Of a stretch of DNA of 64,000 bases, positions 33,522 to 45,226 are shown one piece after another (within the stretch, counting starts at the first letter, position 1; every line of letters starts with the position of its first letter). The notes under the pieces are model-generated. The model was not told where the DNA came from. It saw only the letters and a list, made by a program, of their open reading frames with translations, and searched no databases. Both the position numbers and the translations under genes were made by a program. Source of the DNA: Cyanidioschyzon merolae (taxonomy: Eukaryota); NCBI GenBank assembly GCA_000091205.1, contig AP006486.2, one strand, 5' to 3'.

Positions 33522-35121
33522 GCGCGTGCTCTCGGGTTTAACGCTGTGCAGGCTGCGCGTTGGTTGGCGACTCTGCTCATGGTTGCGCAAAGAGCGCGTG
33601 GTTTCCGTTGGAAGCTTCGCACGTGATCCAACAAGTACTGCGCTCAGGTCACCGGCGATTCAGCTTGGACGTAAAATGCGAACTAGCATCGGGGGCATGC
33701 CGTTCACCCCCATGGGTTCCCAGCGCACTTCTCAGTGGCAACGAAGCATGCTCATGCGTGCGCATGTTTCGTTTTCTGTTTCTAGTTCGAGAACGGTGCA
33801 CCATTCGAGGAGCGTTCAGAGATCATACAGACACTCATTTCTCGACTCGCAGCAGACCTGAATGATTCTCATGATCGCACTGAACGCCAACTTGTTTCGA
33901 TCAAGTTGATCAGCGCACCGCACTGGCGAGACTGCGTTGCGCATAACGGTCGCCACATGAGCACGCAGTGCATATTTCTCTATCTTCTGCGTTGAAACCG
34001 GCCTGAGATCTCTCACTTGCAACGATGCAACTGGTGTCAGTGGTCTGATTACGGGGATGCTTGCCTTTGCAGGTCTCGAAAATTAGATCATTCAAGTCAG
34101 TATCCAGCGTTCTTCATCGTGCGGCTTGGGTTCTGCATTTGCGGAGGCCGGTCTTCACGGATGGCCTCAGTTCGACAATCACACCGAGAGCACTGGTAAT
34201 CTGTAGCGCTCTATACGAAACGCGCTTTTGCCCACTTGCAACCGATGGGCTCTCAACCGAATCTCAAAATTGCCATTCGATCCGCGTGTGGAACCCCTTG
34301 TAACTGGAGAACAGGGTCTGCTCCTGTTCTTGACGAGAGGCCAGCATCCTTTCGCCAAGGCTCGTCAAAGCGCCTCCAACTGCCGCCTGCAACTCAACGA
34401 AAAACCGTGGCCATCGTGTGCTATCGCAACAACGAGAAGCTAAAGCAGGCTGTAGTGGTTGTCTCGTACAGTGCAACTCCGGGAACGCCGCGCTCCATTG
34501 ACATTGACGTGTCGACCAGGCGCCTGAGCAGCGGCAGCCGCGTCGGCAAGCCTGTCCCCAAAAGCATCCAAAAGCATCCAAAGGACGTGTAGCACACATC
34601 CAACTGCACTGCACGCGACCAGACCTGGAACCTGGAGTCTACTGTAGTTTTTCGGCAGCGTCAGACTCGGTTCCCTTTGTAACAGCGGTCAGCGCCGTCT
34701 GACCGGTCGCAGTCGTCAAGACGTACGCTAGACGTGCAACGCTAGCGGCCACAGTAGACCCTGCAGACGCATATCCACAAGCCGCTATAAGAGTCGACGA
34801 GCACTAGCACTCACAACAACACAGGCTACTGGTCGCCCGTTCATTCGCTGCTGCCAGGCACTCAACCAAACTCGGCGAAAGACCCCGTTTTCTAAGACTA
34901 GAAACCCTTCGATACAGACAGCTTTTATACTCGCTGTACTTGCGACATTGAACACCGTACATAGTACACAGCTTCTGACACCAGCGTTCCCGGGCGAGCA
35001 AGTCCCCACAGCACGTGCCCAGTGTACGGTACGTTTCAGGCGCTTCGCGCCGGGCGCTGGGCAAGCGTTCCCGGGGAAGCGACGCTTGCGGGGTACCCAG
35101 GATCACCCACTGCCACCAACT

Positions 35122-36657
35122 ATGAACGTTGAGTATGGGAAACCTAATGGGAAAGTGTTCAACGACAGCATACACGGCCACATTTACATGCCAGACTACT
35201 GCGTGCGCGTCATCGATACGCCACACTACCAACGCCTGCGTGACCTGAAGCAACTCGGAGTCGTGTACTGGACTTTTCCTGGGGCGAGCCACAATCGCTT
35301 TGAGCACGGCATCGGAACTGCGTACTTGGCAGGTTCCATGGTCACCAATCTTCTTTCGAGGAGCGATTCAATTGCACCCCAGCTGGCCACCAGAAGCGGC
35401 CCTGCACAACCGAGCGAACGAGCAGCGACTCGAGCGCACCCGCTGGACCCTGTGGCGCTCACTTCGTCGACCGCCACCGACTCTGGCGCACGTCAAGGCC
35501 TGCAAAGTAACTGGCGGGATCTCGAGCGTGACTTGCGTCTCGTACGTCTGGCTGGACTGTGTCATGATCTGGGCCATGGACCCTTCTCGCACGTTTTCGA
35601 CCATCAGCTGCTGCCGCGACGAGGTATTCAGAGCGACGTGTATGGGCGCTTTCACGAGCAGCGCTCAGCAATGCTTCTCGCGCACATGTGTCAGCAGTTC
35701 GAGGTCGCACTAGACGCTATGGAAGAGGCGCTCGTTACTGATATGATTCTGGGTAGGCTGAGTCCGCAGAGTGCACGTCTAACGAACCGTTTCCTGCTCG
35801 CTGTGGTGAATAATCAACGCTCTGGAGTCGATGTGGACAAGTTTGATTACTTGACGCGGGATGCACGCTACACCCTGCCGCGCTCTGCAGGTTTCGATTA
35901 TGAACGCTTCCTGCGCTTCAGCCGCGTCATCGGAGATGAGATCTGCTACCACATCAAGGAGGCGAACAACCTGTACGACATGTTCAGTACGAGAATGCGC
36001 ATGCACAAAATGGTTTACAACCACCGAGCGGTTAAGGCCTGTGAGTTTATGATTACGGATGCCATGGTCTTGGCTGACGAGTTCCTGGGTCTTTCGCGTT
36101 CTATCCAGGACCCAGAGGCATTTCTTCAGCTCAGTGACTGGATCCTGAAGCGGATTGAGTTTTCCACGGAGGCGTCGCTTGGCGCAGCCAAGTCGCTGAT
36201 CCAACAGCTGCAACGACGTGAGCTTTATCGATTCGTTGGTGCCGCGCTGGTTCCAGTATCGTGTGCGTCTGTTAGTGCTGGTGACTTAACCGCCTGGCAA
36301 AGCGACGGCTTCGTTCAGTTACGACCAGAGGATCTCATTGTGCACCATCAAGTCATAAACTATGGCAAGGAAGGTGGAGCGGACCCCGTCGAGCAGGTGC
36401 GATTCTTTGTCGATTGGTCCACCGATGAGACCGTTGGCGTACGTCGAGAGCAGGTAAGTTCCCTGATTCCGAGCCATTTCGAAGAACGGATGCTCATGGT
36501 CTATTCACGTCGACGCGACCCGCGTTATGTGCAGGCAGCACGACAGGCGTTTGAGCGAATGCTCCAGCGGCAGGGCGGATGGAGTCCTCCGCATCGACAA
36601 GTTGGCGCTGGGGAACAGCTGCCACAACTCTTTCCTGATCGTAAAACCATCGCCTAG
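35122..36657 (+). CDS. SAMHD1-like HD-domain deoxynucleoside triphosphate triphosphohydrolase (no SAM domain)
   Basis: [64 protein letters not shown] and [18 protein letters not shown] match SAMHD1 almost residue for residue (KVFNDPIHGHIELHP...[41 protein letters not shown] ... [18 protein letters not shown]). Start taken at MNVEYGK (35122); the ORF is open from 34948. A ~50-aa low-complexity insert sits between the two conserved blocks. Confidence 0.9.
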   Translation: [511 protein letters not shown]

Positions 36658-37512
36658 TTGAGCGATATGCCTCGTGAAATACCGTTTTCAAGTGGTCAGG
36701 ATGCCGACGCTATTGTACGCGCTGTCTCGTAGACGATGCTGGTGTGCACGTCGTCATCCTGCGGGCGATACTGACCGGGATGTCGTCGTCTCTGAGGCAG
36801 TTCGCTGCTGCCCAAGTCCGCAAGCGTCGAAGCAATGAGCGTCGGCTCCGGTATCGAATGTCTGCGCAGAACAGAACGGGAAGCAACGGCGAGCTACGCT
36901 AGAATTGGTTGTTTAAAGGACACGTGGTAGCATACGGGTTCCTGTTCGAGGGCATCGCACTCGAGCAGCTGTTCAGACGCGTCTGAAGACGAATTTCGCG
37001 TCTCTAAGTCTTACCATTCTTGGTGTAGTTTGTGTACGGGACGCGCTCTTGCATGTCGTCGAATTACCCTTGGTGCAGTTTTCCCGAGGCACAAGCACAA
37101 CCCCGAGCTGGACGCTCCTTACGTTTCTCGAACACCGTCGTCGCCCGCAGTGTTCAGATAAAGCTGCCTCAACAGTTGAAGGGAACAGGGCCCCGCTTCC
37201 CCTGAATCTGCGCTGAAAACTCGTTTTCGCTCATCAATACGATAAAGCTGTTCGGGAGCGAGTGAATCCTCTTCCCGTCGATCCCGTCTCGCAGTCTTCG
37301 TCGCTTGGATCGACGCTCGACCGACGATACCACTAGCCGAACAAGCGAGACCAGCGAGTTACTGTAACACAGCAGCTGCATTGATATCTAGATCGAGTTT
37401 CGCGTCTTGCGCGTGAGTATTCTACACGGAGATATACAAACGTCAGCTGATGGACGTTATCGAAGAATGACCAATGTCGCACCAGAGTAGAAAGAGGCCA
37501 TATACATAATAC

Positions 37513-37750
37513 GGTCGTAAAGTTCGTCTCTTTTACAGATATCAATCATCGTTGCCTTTGCTGGCTTTTATCGGGAGGGGTTCCTCTTCCGCTCAGTTGT
37601 CTCTGGCCCTGAATACGTCTATCTTCCGTATATACTAAAGTTCGTCTCTTTTACAGAGATCAATCATCGTTGCCTTTGCCGGCTTTTATCGGGACGGGTG
37701 CCTCTTCGTCTCAGTTGTCTCTGGCTCTGAATACGTTTATCTCTCCTGGC
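37513..37750. repeat. Direct repeat pair, ~115 bp, 2 copies about 124 bp apart start to start (unit ...aagttcgtctcttttacagatatcaatcatcgttgcctttgctggcttttatcggga...)
   Basis: Two near-identical copies are visible at ~37513-37625 and ~37637-37750 in an intergenic region. Confidence 0.8.
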
Positions 37751-39088
37751 TCTCCAGCTCCGTTGACCGCAATTCAAGGATTTTGATGGCAGCGTTGACG
37801 TTTCGATTTTCGATTGCACGGCATTCGGATGCTGTCGACAAATTCCATGCATAAGCGGAAGTTGCGAGCAACGCATCGATTTTCATGCTCAGCTTCTTCG
37901 TAGACAGCATCGATGCGTCCACTACATCTGTGAAACTTGCCTGTGGCCGGGTGATCGCATATGTGCACCACATCTCGTCCTCTGAACGCTGCCCTGCGGC
38001 ACCTCCAGGCACGCTTCATCGCTTGGTGTACACCCACGAGGTGTACAGTGGGATCCCCTCGATGTCGTGTTCCGTTTCCACGTCAAGTGCCATCCCTGAC
38101 AATCATGGGGTCGTGTGGGCGATGCCCATGGCGAGAGCGCTCTCTCCCGCATACGCATGCCCACACTGTTTTATTCGATAGAGGAGCTGTGGAACGCGAT
38201 CTTACCGATGATGACAAAAGCACCGGACGCATAATCCAGGCTGGAAAGCTAGTGCAGACATTGCGACCAGTCCATGCTCCCATCGTGTAAAACGGTGAAA
38301 AACTCTCCCCGGAAAAATCGCCGCGTTCGCTCATACCCGAGTCCATGATCCTTTCCGATGCAGACAGTAAAAATGTCGGCAGCCTCAGCGAGCATACCCC
38401 ATTGAACATATCATACCGCTGTAGACTGCCGTTGTATCGATAGCCATAAACAGAAGATGAGTTGTCTTACGGATGAAATCGATTATTTCAACGTGACAAG
38501 TTCAGTGAACTTTCGACACGAGCAAGTGAACAAGTCGTCCATACACGATCATGAGTTTTGTTTTCTCCTTCATCTAGCAGCGCAAAATCACAACGCGCAT
38601 CATTTGCCCTGCAACAGCAAGATCGAAAAATTCGAATCATGCGTAACTTGAGCATGCTAGACCGAAGGACAGGAAAACAGGGTATACTTGTACATATGGA
38701 AAGTCTAACGACACCAGTGATATTAAGAATCCTATTCGAAACCGTTGCCCATTATCTTGGTTCTGGTAACGTACCGTATTCCAGCGGCTAAGGATCCAAG
38801 CAGCAACCCCAAATCGACTACCGAGAAACCCACAACTTTCTATGCACCCGTATGCACTAATCACTGGAATTCGAATGTTGATGCTTTCCACTCTGATACA
38901 TCTTCCGCAAAAATCGCAATGCTGGAGCAGAGCGAGCAGCGCGGATTCCCCTGGTAATCCGCGACTAGTCCAGGTCGCTGTGGATCGAGAGCATGCGTCC
39001 CGCGCCATGCCACGATTTTCGCCTGCGATCATGGGGCACATTCACGTCATTACGTCGCTCGTGACGATTCCTGTTGAACCAGTGCCCT

Positions 39089-40999
39089 TTACGGTGTTTC
39101 CTGATCCATGGCGGAGAGATGGACTAGTGCCTTGTCGGCTTGGTAGGCGACGTCGACGTCGGTTTCGGCGTCGCTCGCTGAGGAATGCGCCTCTAGTGCT
39201 GGCCGCAACTGCGTCATACGAGCTTGCTTCGAAATGTATGGAGCCAGTCGCATAAGTGTTTTCGCGGTAACAAGACGCACGTTCGGAACCGGGTCGCTGC
39301 TCGCCTTTTGGACCAGCAGGGGCAACAGGTACTTTTCATTGGTTCCCGGATCCAGAACAGTTGCGAGCTCTCCCATCGCCTGCAACGCTGTAATCCGGTA
39401 CAGGTAGGAGGTGCTGGTCTCAAAAATACGCTGGACACAGGGTATCGCCTGTTCGATTGCCCAGCTAGCCCCGAATAAACGCACCAGCTCTGCCAGGTTT
39501 TTGATCGCTGCCTCTCGAACAGCGTATACCGCATCGGTGAGCCACGCTACGCAGAGCAGGCCCAGCTTGCGATCGAGGTCGAAGTACTGCCGCCCAAGCT
39601 GCTTGGCCAACGATGCCATATGCTGAATGATGGCTAGACGGACACGCCAGTTGCGATCCTCGGCGAGCTCAACAATAGCAGGAAGCAGGTCGCTCACGAG
39701 ACGCTCGATGCCCACTACTGCGCTGAGCTGGTCGAGGTTCGAGATCACGCCCAGTCGTACGTCGGGGCAATCGTCTTTGAGCAGAATCAAAACAAGTGGA
39801 AACAATACCTGCAGCGTATGAGAACGGCCCATGATGGGCGCCAGTGCCAGGATCGAGCCAGCGACTGCAGTTCGGACGTGCTGATTGGCATCGTGGACAA
39901 GCTCCTTCATAACGGGAACGAGCTCCTGTACGGTGGCCTCAGAGCTGGCAGCTCGGACAACATCGGCGAGCTTCAGCGCTGCCGCAGTGCGTACCTCTGC
40001 TTCCCCGTCACGAAGCAAGCGGCAAAAGATACCCACCATACCATCGGGTTTGATTGTACTCAGTCGATCTGCGACTAAGTATCGAACTCGCCACGACTTG
40101 TCTGCCGCCAAGCGGAGAACTAGTGCGAACAGCGTCGGTCGATCTGTCTCAGGCAAGAGGCTCACGATTTTTTCCGCGTTCTCTACAACCAGCAGTCGCA
40201 CAGAATCCTGGTCATCTTCCGCGAGCTCTGCGAATAATTTGAGCAGGAAACCCGACACGTGAACTGGCTCGAGCGCTGCCGCAAACTCAGCAAGATGCGA
40301 CGCTGCTGCCCGCCGCACCATCGGCGTGTCGTCCTTCGCCAGAGAGAGAAACAGCGACCGCAGCTCCGCCCGCGCATCTGTCTCAGACGCCACAAGTCCA
40401 GCGTATGTGGTCGCAAAAAGCGCTGTTGCCGAAATACGCGAAGTAAACCAGTCACCTTCGGCGAGCCGCTTCAGCAATGGGTAGAAAGCGTCCAGAAACC
40501 AGTGCTCGCCCGGTTCACAGCAGCGAGCGAGCGAGAGAATCGATTCGACAGCACGCTCCCGAACAACGGTCTCCTCAACCTGAGCGAGTTGTTCCAGCGG
40601 TTCGAGCATCGCAGATAGATAGTCTTTTCCCCCGACGTATGGGAGAAAGCGCTCGTCCAACTGGCCCGCAAGCGCGAGCAGGACCTCATCTTCATCATCT
40701 ATGGTCTCCAGCACGAAAGGCAGTAGCTCCGTACGTGTTCGTTCTTCCCCGATGGCTTTCGCTATCCGTGGAAGCTCCTGTATCGCGTGTATGCGTAGCG
40801 ATACATCGTCGTGACGAAGTTCGTCTATAAGCGCTGCAACTGGCGTCGCATCGGCTGTTGCATCAGCGGAGCGTGTCGAAATGTTCAGGGTGTCTGCGGC
40901 TACTTCCATGCTGGCCAAGCAACGCAAAGCCGGAATGGTTCCAGACCCAACTCTTCCGACTGAACCCGTCCGATCTTGAAGCTCCGAACTCTTCGCCAC
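39089..40999 (-). CDS. Serine/threonine protein phosphatase 2A 65-kDa scaffold (regulatory subunit A, PR65), all-HEAT-repeat protein
   Basis: [62 protein letters not shown] matches PR65 [63 protein letters not shown]. About 15 HEAT-like repeats run through to the C-terminus. A possible shorter start is MEVAAD at 40909. Confidence 0.9.
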   Translation of the reverse strand: [636 protein letters not shown]

Positions 41000-41123
41000 C
41001 AGGTACCGTTCGTTCGCGTCTACGTAGTACCGCTACGAGAGCCTGGTGCGAGCTTCCTGCGTGCAGGCGCTAGACTCGCGTCTCTCTCGCTCTGTCTCTC
41101 GAGCTGAGGTGCCAACGAACTAC

Positions 41124-41676
41124 GCACACGCACACGCACGCACACACACACAGCAGACCTGAGCCTGGTGTCGTGGATGGACTGCCTCCTGACACGATAC
41201 GCGAACGAGGTAGCTTCACGCACGCTTTCCAGGTAGACGCAAGCGATTCACTCACAAGTCAACTGCCGAACGCCCAGGAAGCAGCGCTATACGGGTGGTG
41301 AGCGCGCAGCCTTGAGAGCACGCCAGCTAGAGGCGCTTGCGACCAGCTGCGCAACGAAGCCTATCAAACGACAGCGTCTGCTGTCTGGCACAGCCACAAC
41401 GCCGGCTCGTATACCCTTACGTTCTGGACGAGTACGAGGCGGATGGCGCAGGTGGCGTTCGGGCGCGCTGACGACCGCACCCGCCGCCGTCGCCTGTACG
41501 ACACAGCGGATGTGCGTCCGGCGTTGTGGCGTGCAGCACAGGGCCGCGCCGCCACGTGCAGCGTATGATGATCCCCAGATGACATGTCCGTTTATTCCTC
41601 ATCTTTCTCATTGTGATATGGTCACGGAGGCAGCAGCAGCAGCAGCAGCGCCACCGGAATCGCCGTGCGCAAGCGT

Positions 41677-41707
<31 letters not shown>
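41124..41707. repeat. Microsatellite cluster in a divergent intergenic region: (CACG/CA)n at ~41124-41152, (CAG)7 at ~41628-41649, (CGG)10 at ~41677-41707
   Basis: Simple repeats visible in the sequence, between the PP2A-A gene (minus) and the 41944 gene (plus). Confidence 0.85.
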
Positions 41708-41708
<1 letters not shown>

Positions 41709-41943
41709 CACCGGGGCGAATACCGCAATCGATACACTGCTTTCTGGGTTGCATTGTTTAGACGCTGCGTTTCCAGTGCAAAACACTGTGCTGAAACGCT
41801 CGTGAATTGCTGAAAAAATACATACGGGGAAACGCTTGCCAATTTTGTAAATTTTTGTCTGGGAACCGCGGAACGAGTTTATACAACACGGTGCTGAAGC
41901 TTGTTATCGGAGACTTGAACACGTCCCTGCTCGGTAGCGCATC

Positions 41944-43305
41944 ATGTTTGTTGAAACGTTCGCAGTGCTCGCTGGTGCGCGTTTGGCGACCTTGTGGCGA
42001 CTCAGGGCGAACACGGTCTGCTCGGGTGTGGTCTCGCACAGGCCACGACTGGCCTCTGGTGCTGTGGCGAGCGGCGCTCGACAGCGGCGAACGCCGAGAG
42101 GCGGACTGAAAGCAGCACGCCGAAACCTTCACATGACAGCGGAAGCGACCCCCATTCAACCCAGCCGGGAGGATGTCTTGCTTGGGCAGCTGGTGTTCAT
42201 GCAACCTGAGCTGCTCCCCAAGTTCATCGAGGAAAATTTGGAGGAGTTTGATGCCGCTTTTTACGAATTTCTCCAGCAAAAAATAGACACCACAAAGGAC
42301 CTCGAGGAACGCGTTACGCTGAGTACTTTGAAAGATGCTATTACCGATTTGATGAACGAGTTGCTGCGAAAGCAGGGATCGGAAATGAAGTCTGCAAAAC
42401 CGGAGGAACGCCCGGACGACTCTGAAATGACGTTACAGCGGGAACTTGAACAGCTGTACCAGAGTTTGGCGCAGCACGCCAGCGATGAGGATCGCCTCCG
42501 CGTGGCAGTCGCAGCCAACTATGACCGCTTCACTGCTGCGTTCTTGAATTATGTCTTCGAGAGGGCCCACGGAGAACAGAATAACAGCGCTGAAGCCGCC
42601 AAAGTCGCCCAGGCTATCAATGATGAGATGAAATCGCGTATGGATCGAGCCGCGCAGCGCCTGTCAGAGGTGTTGCGCAGCGGCGCGCCCAAGGCAATGT
42701 CTATGAAGCTGCGGGAAATCGGAGCGAACGGGGGTATTGATGAGGCATTTATGCTCATTATGCAGGCGAATATAGAGAGGGCGAAGAAGGAAGGTGCGAA
42801 CGCGCAAGTAATTTCCATACTGGAATCGCTTCGGCAGGAGGCATCGCGGATTATTGACGAGGCTGTGAAAGACAAGGAGCTGCGTCTGGTGCGTGCGCTG
42901 CTGCGCACCGAGGACCCCGAACAGCGGCGGCAAATGCTGTTTGCGGCCTTCTCCCCGCGGGATCGCGTCTTCATTGCTCCGGACGCAAACTCTGAGGCAC
43001 AAATGGAAATCGACGGCAAGCGTTTCCTGGAAATTCTCCGCGAGCTCATTGAAAAATACGGAGCCATTGACGAGAAACTTGTTTCTCGTTGCCGCGAAAT
43101 CGGTGATCAAGCGGACGAAGTGGCGCGTGAGCTACTGGAGCTTGTGGGTAAAAGCCCACGCGAGATTCAGGATGAGGCCTGGATGCGCACTTTATCCGTG
43201 TTCGAGCTGGAGCGAATGGAAATTCAGGCTGAAATGGAGGGTCGCAAGTTGCCCTGGCAGGAACGCCCTCCTGGATTCGATGAGCAAGGTCGTCGGCATC
43301 TGTAG
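41944..43305 (+). CDS. Hypothetical acidic alpha-helical/coiled-coil protein with an Arg-rich N-terminal presequence (putatively organelle-targeted)
   Basis: 453-aa ORF. The N-terminus MFVETFAVLAGARLATLWRLRANTV...RRNLHMTAEA resembles a transit peptide. The remainder is E/K/R/A-rich helical sequence with no recognised catalytic motif. Confidence 0.55.
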   Translation: MFVETFAVLAGARLATLWRLRANTVCSGVVSHRPRLASGAVASGARQRRTPRGGLKAARRNLHMTAEATPIQPSREDVLLGQLVFMQPELLPKFIEENLEEFDAAFYEFLQQKIDTTKDLEERVTLSTLKDAITDLMNELLRKQGSEMKSAKPEERPDDSEMTLQRELEQLYQSLAQHASDEDRLRVAVAANYDRFTAAFLNYVFERAHGEQNNSAEAAKVAQAINDEMKSRMDRAAQRLSEVLRSGAPKAMSMKLREIGANGGIDEAFMLIMQANIERAKKEGANAQVISILESLRQEASRIIDEAVKDKELRLVRALLRTEDPEQRRQMLFAAFSPRDRVFIAPDANSEAQMEIDGKRFLEILRELIEKYGAIDEKLVSRCREIGDQADEVARELLELVGKSPREIQDEAWMRTLSVFELERMEIQAEMEGRKLPWQERPPGFDEQGRRHL

Positions 43306-43308
43306 GGC

Positions 43309-43362
43309 ACACATACACACACACAGACAGACAGACATACAGACAGACAGACAGACACACGG
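43309..43362. repeat. (CA)n/(CAGA)n compound microsatellite
   Basis: acacatacacacacacagacagacagacatacagacagacagacagacacac is visible immediately after the stop codon of the 41944 gene. Confidence 0.85.
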
Positions 43363-45226
43363 GTCCGCAGTGCCGATGGATAAACCGCTGCAGCACGCTA
43401 ACGATCGCTGCAGATCCGATGCATCGACTGCGAAGAACGCGATGCGTTTGTGTGCGTTTGCGCCCATCGACGACAGTAAGTTGCAATAGACACGTACACA
43501 TCAGCCCCTAAACCTGTGTGACTTTAAAAAGGAACATGAAAATACTAGCTCTGTAACTGCCTTGCGGTTTTTTTTCTGCCTTGATGCACAGCCATAAGAT
43601 TCAACGCACAGCAATGGGAGCTGAAGAATTCAGAGGTTGTTCTGAGGTTCTCGGTCGCATTTTCGGGAGTGGCTCGTTTCACGCCTCGCCGCTGGCATTC
43701 ACGACACCACCGGCATGACGATCTTTCGCGACGTCGTTGAATAACGGTTTGCAAAACAGCCGATATTCTCATATAAATCATAGGTATAAGAGTTCGGTTT
43801 GCATCTTAAATTGCGAGTAGTGTGCTCAAATAATGTATGGTTCAATTTTTCGATGTTTCTGATTCAAGGCAACACACGGTGGGCGGGAATCCGCGCTCCT
43901 GGACTGATGACGAGAAATACTCGATGCCATGACTCGACGACTTGTTCACAGGCTCATGTCGAGGCCAGGCTCAACATGTCACGTCCATGAATCGAATCTG
44001 TTTCAAAGACATAGCCCTCTTGCTTTGCTGCCACCGACGATAGAGCATTCCACAGCAGCACGACGCCATACACTGGAAATGCTCCGGGAGGCCCCTGTCT
44101 CTTGTGTTGACTTGAAAAAGCGTCTTGCACTCGAATTCCCGGCATCACATTGATCAGTTGTAGTGGAGCATGCGTCACCGCTTTGCACGAAGTTAGCGGA
44201 GACGTTTCGAAATTTCTCGACGTGTTCTCCAGCCTGGATTTGCCCTCTGGTAATTGCGGCATCATGGATATGATTGTATTCCACAAATCTTCGATTGAAT
44301 GGAACAGCATGCGCTCGCATATGCAGCAAAACTTGTAGTCGACGTGGACATCGACTCAAAGAAACCCATGGTCATTGAACCTGCACCGCGCTAGGAAACG
44401 GAGCAGAGCAGCTTCGCGAGCCTTCTGTACCCGTCAGCCGTGTATACTGAGCGATTAAACAAGCGCTCGCGTGAAATACAACGGACCTTGAATGAGCATA
44501 TGTGCCGTAGATATCGAAACATCTCACCAAATCCAAGTCATACCGCTGCGAAATGCGCGCCAAGGCTGCATACGAAGCAAACGGAAACGGTACGCGACCC
44601 GTAGATCGCAACATCGGCTTGAGCATACCATGCATCCACAACTGCCGGAAACAGCAGAGCATCGAGACTTTCATATTGCCGTCACCATCGTTCGCATGCA
44701 GGCACCGGTCCTCCCGGGAAATCATAGACTGGTACAGTGGGAGCTGGAACAACCAGCGCGGAAAACGAATCATTCGCAGAGAAACCTCGCAAAGCTGGTG
44801 TCGATGACAACGGCAAGCGATACAGACTTTAGAATATACATCCCAGTTAGCGCACCGGTTCCGTTTTATGCGGATGCGAACGTCGTGTAGACGCCCGAGT
44901 CCTCTTCACACAATCTTCTTCCATTTTCACCTGACACGGGTATAGCAAACTGCGCTGCCTGCACTGGTGCAGGCAAGCGCGTGCCCTCGAACCGGTACCC
45001 CGGAAAAGGCGCTGTGTCCGCCAGCCAGACGGCAATCGGACCCCGATTGACCGCTTCTCAGTCGATGGTGCGCTTGAAAAGCTCGCACCGCGCTCGAGAC
45101 GCGACCTACGAGGATATAACACCTGAAAGGCAAAGTTTGCTTTGGCGGGGAACCGCCCCTGTCCGTCAGACTGTGCCAGCGGGCCCGGATGTCGCCGATG
45201 AACTCCACGGCGTAGTGTAGGTCAAA

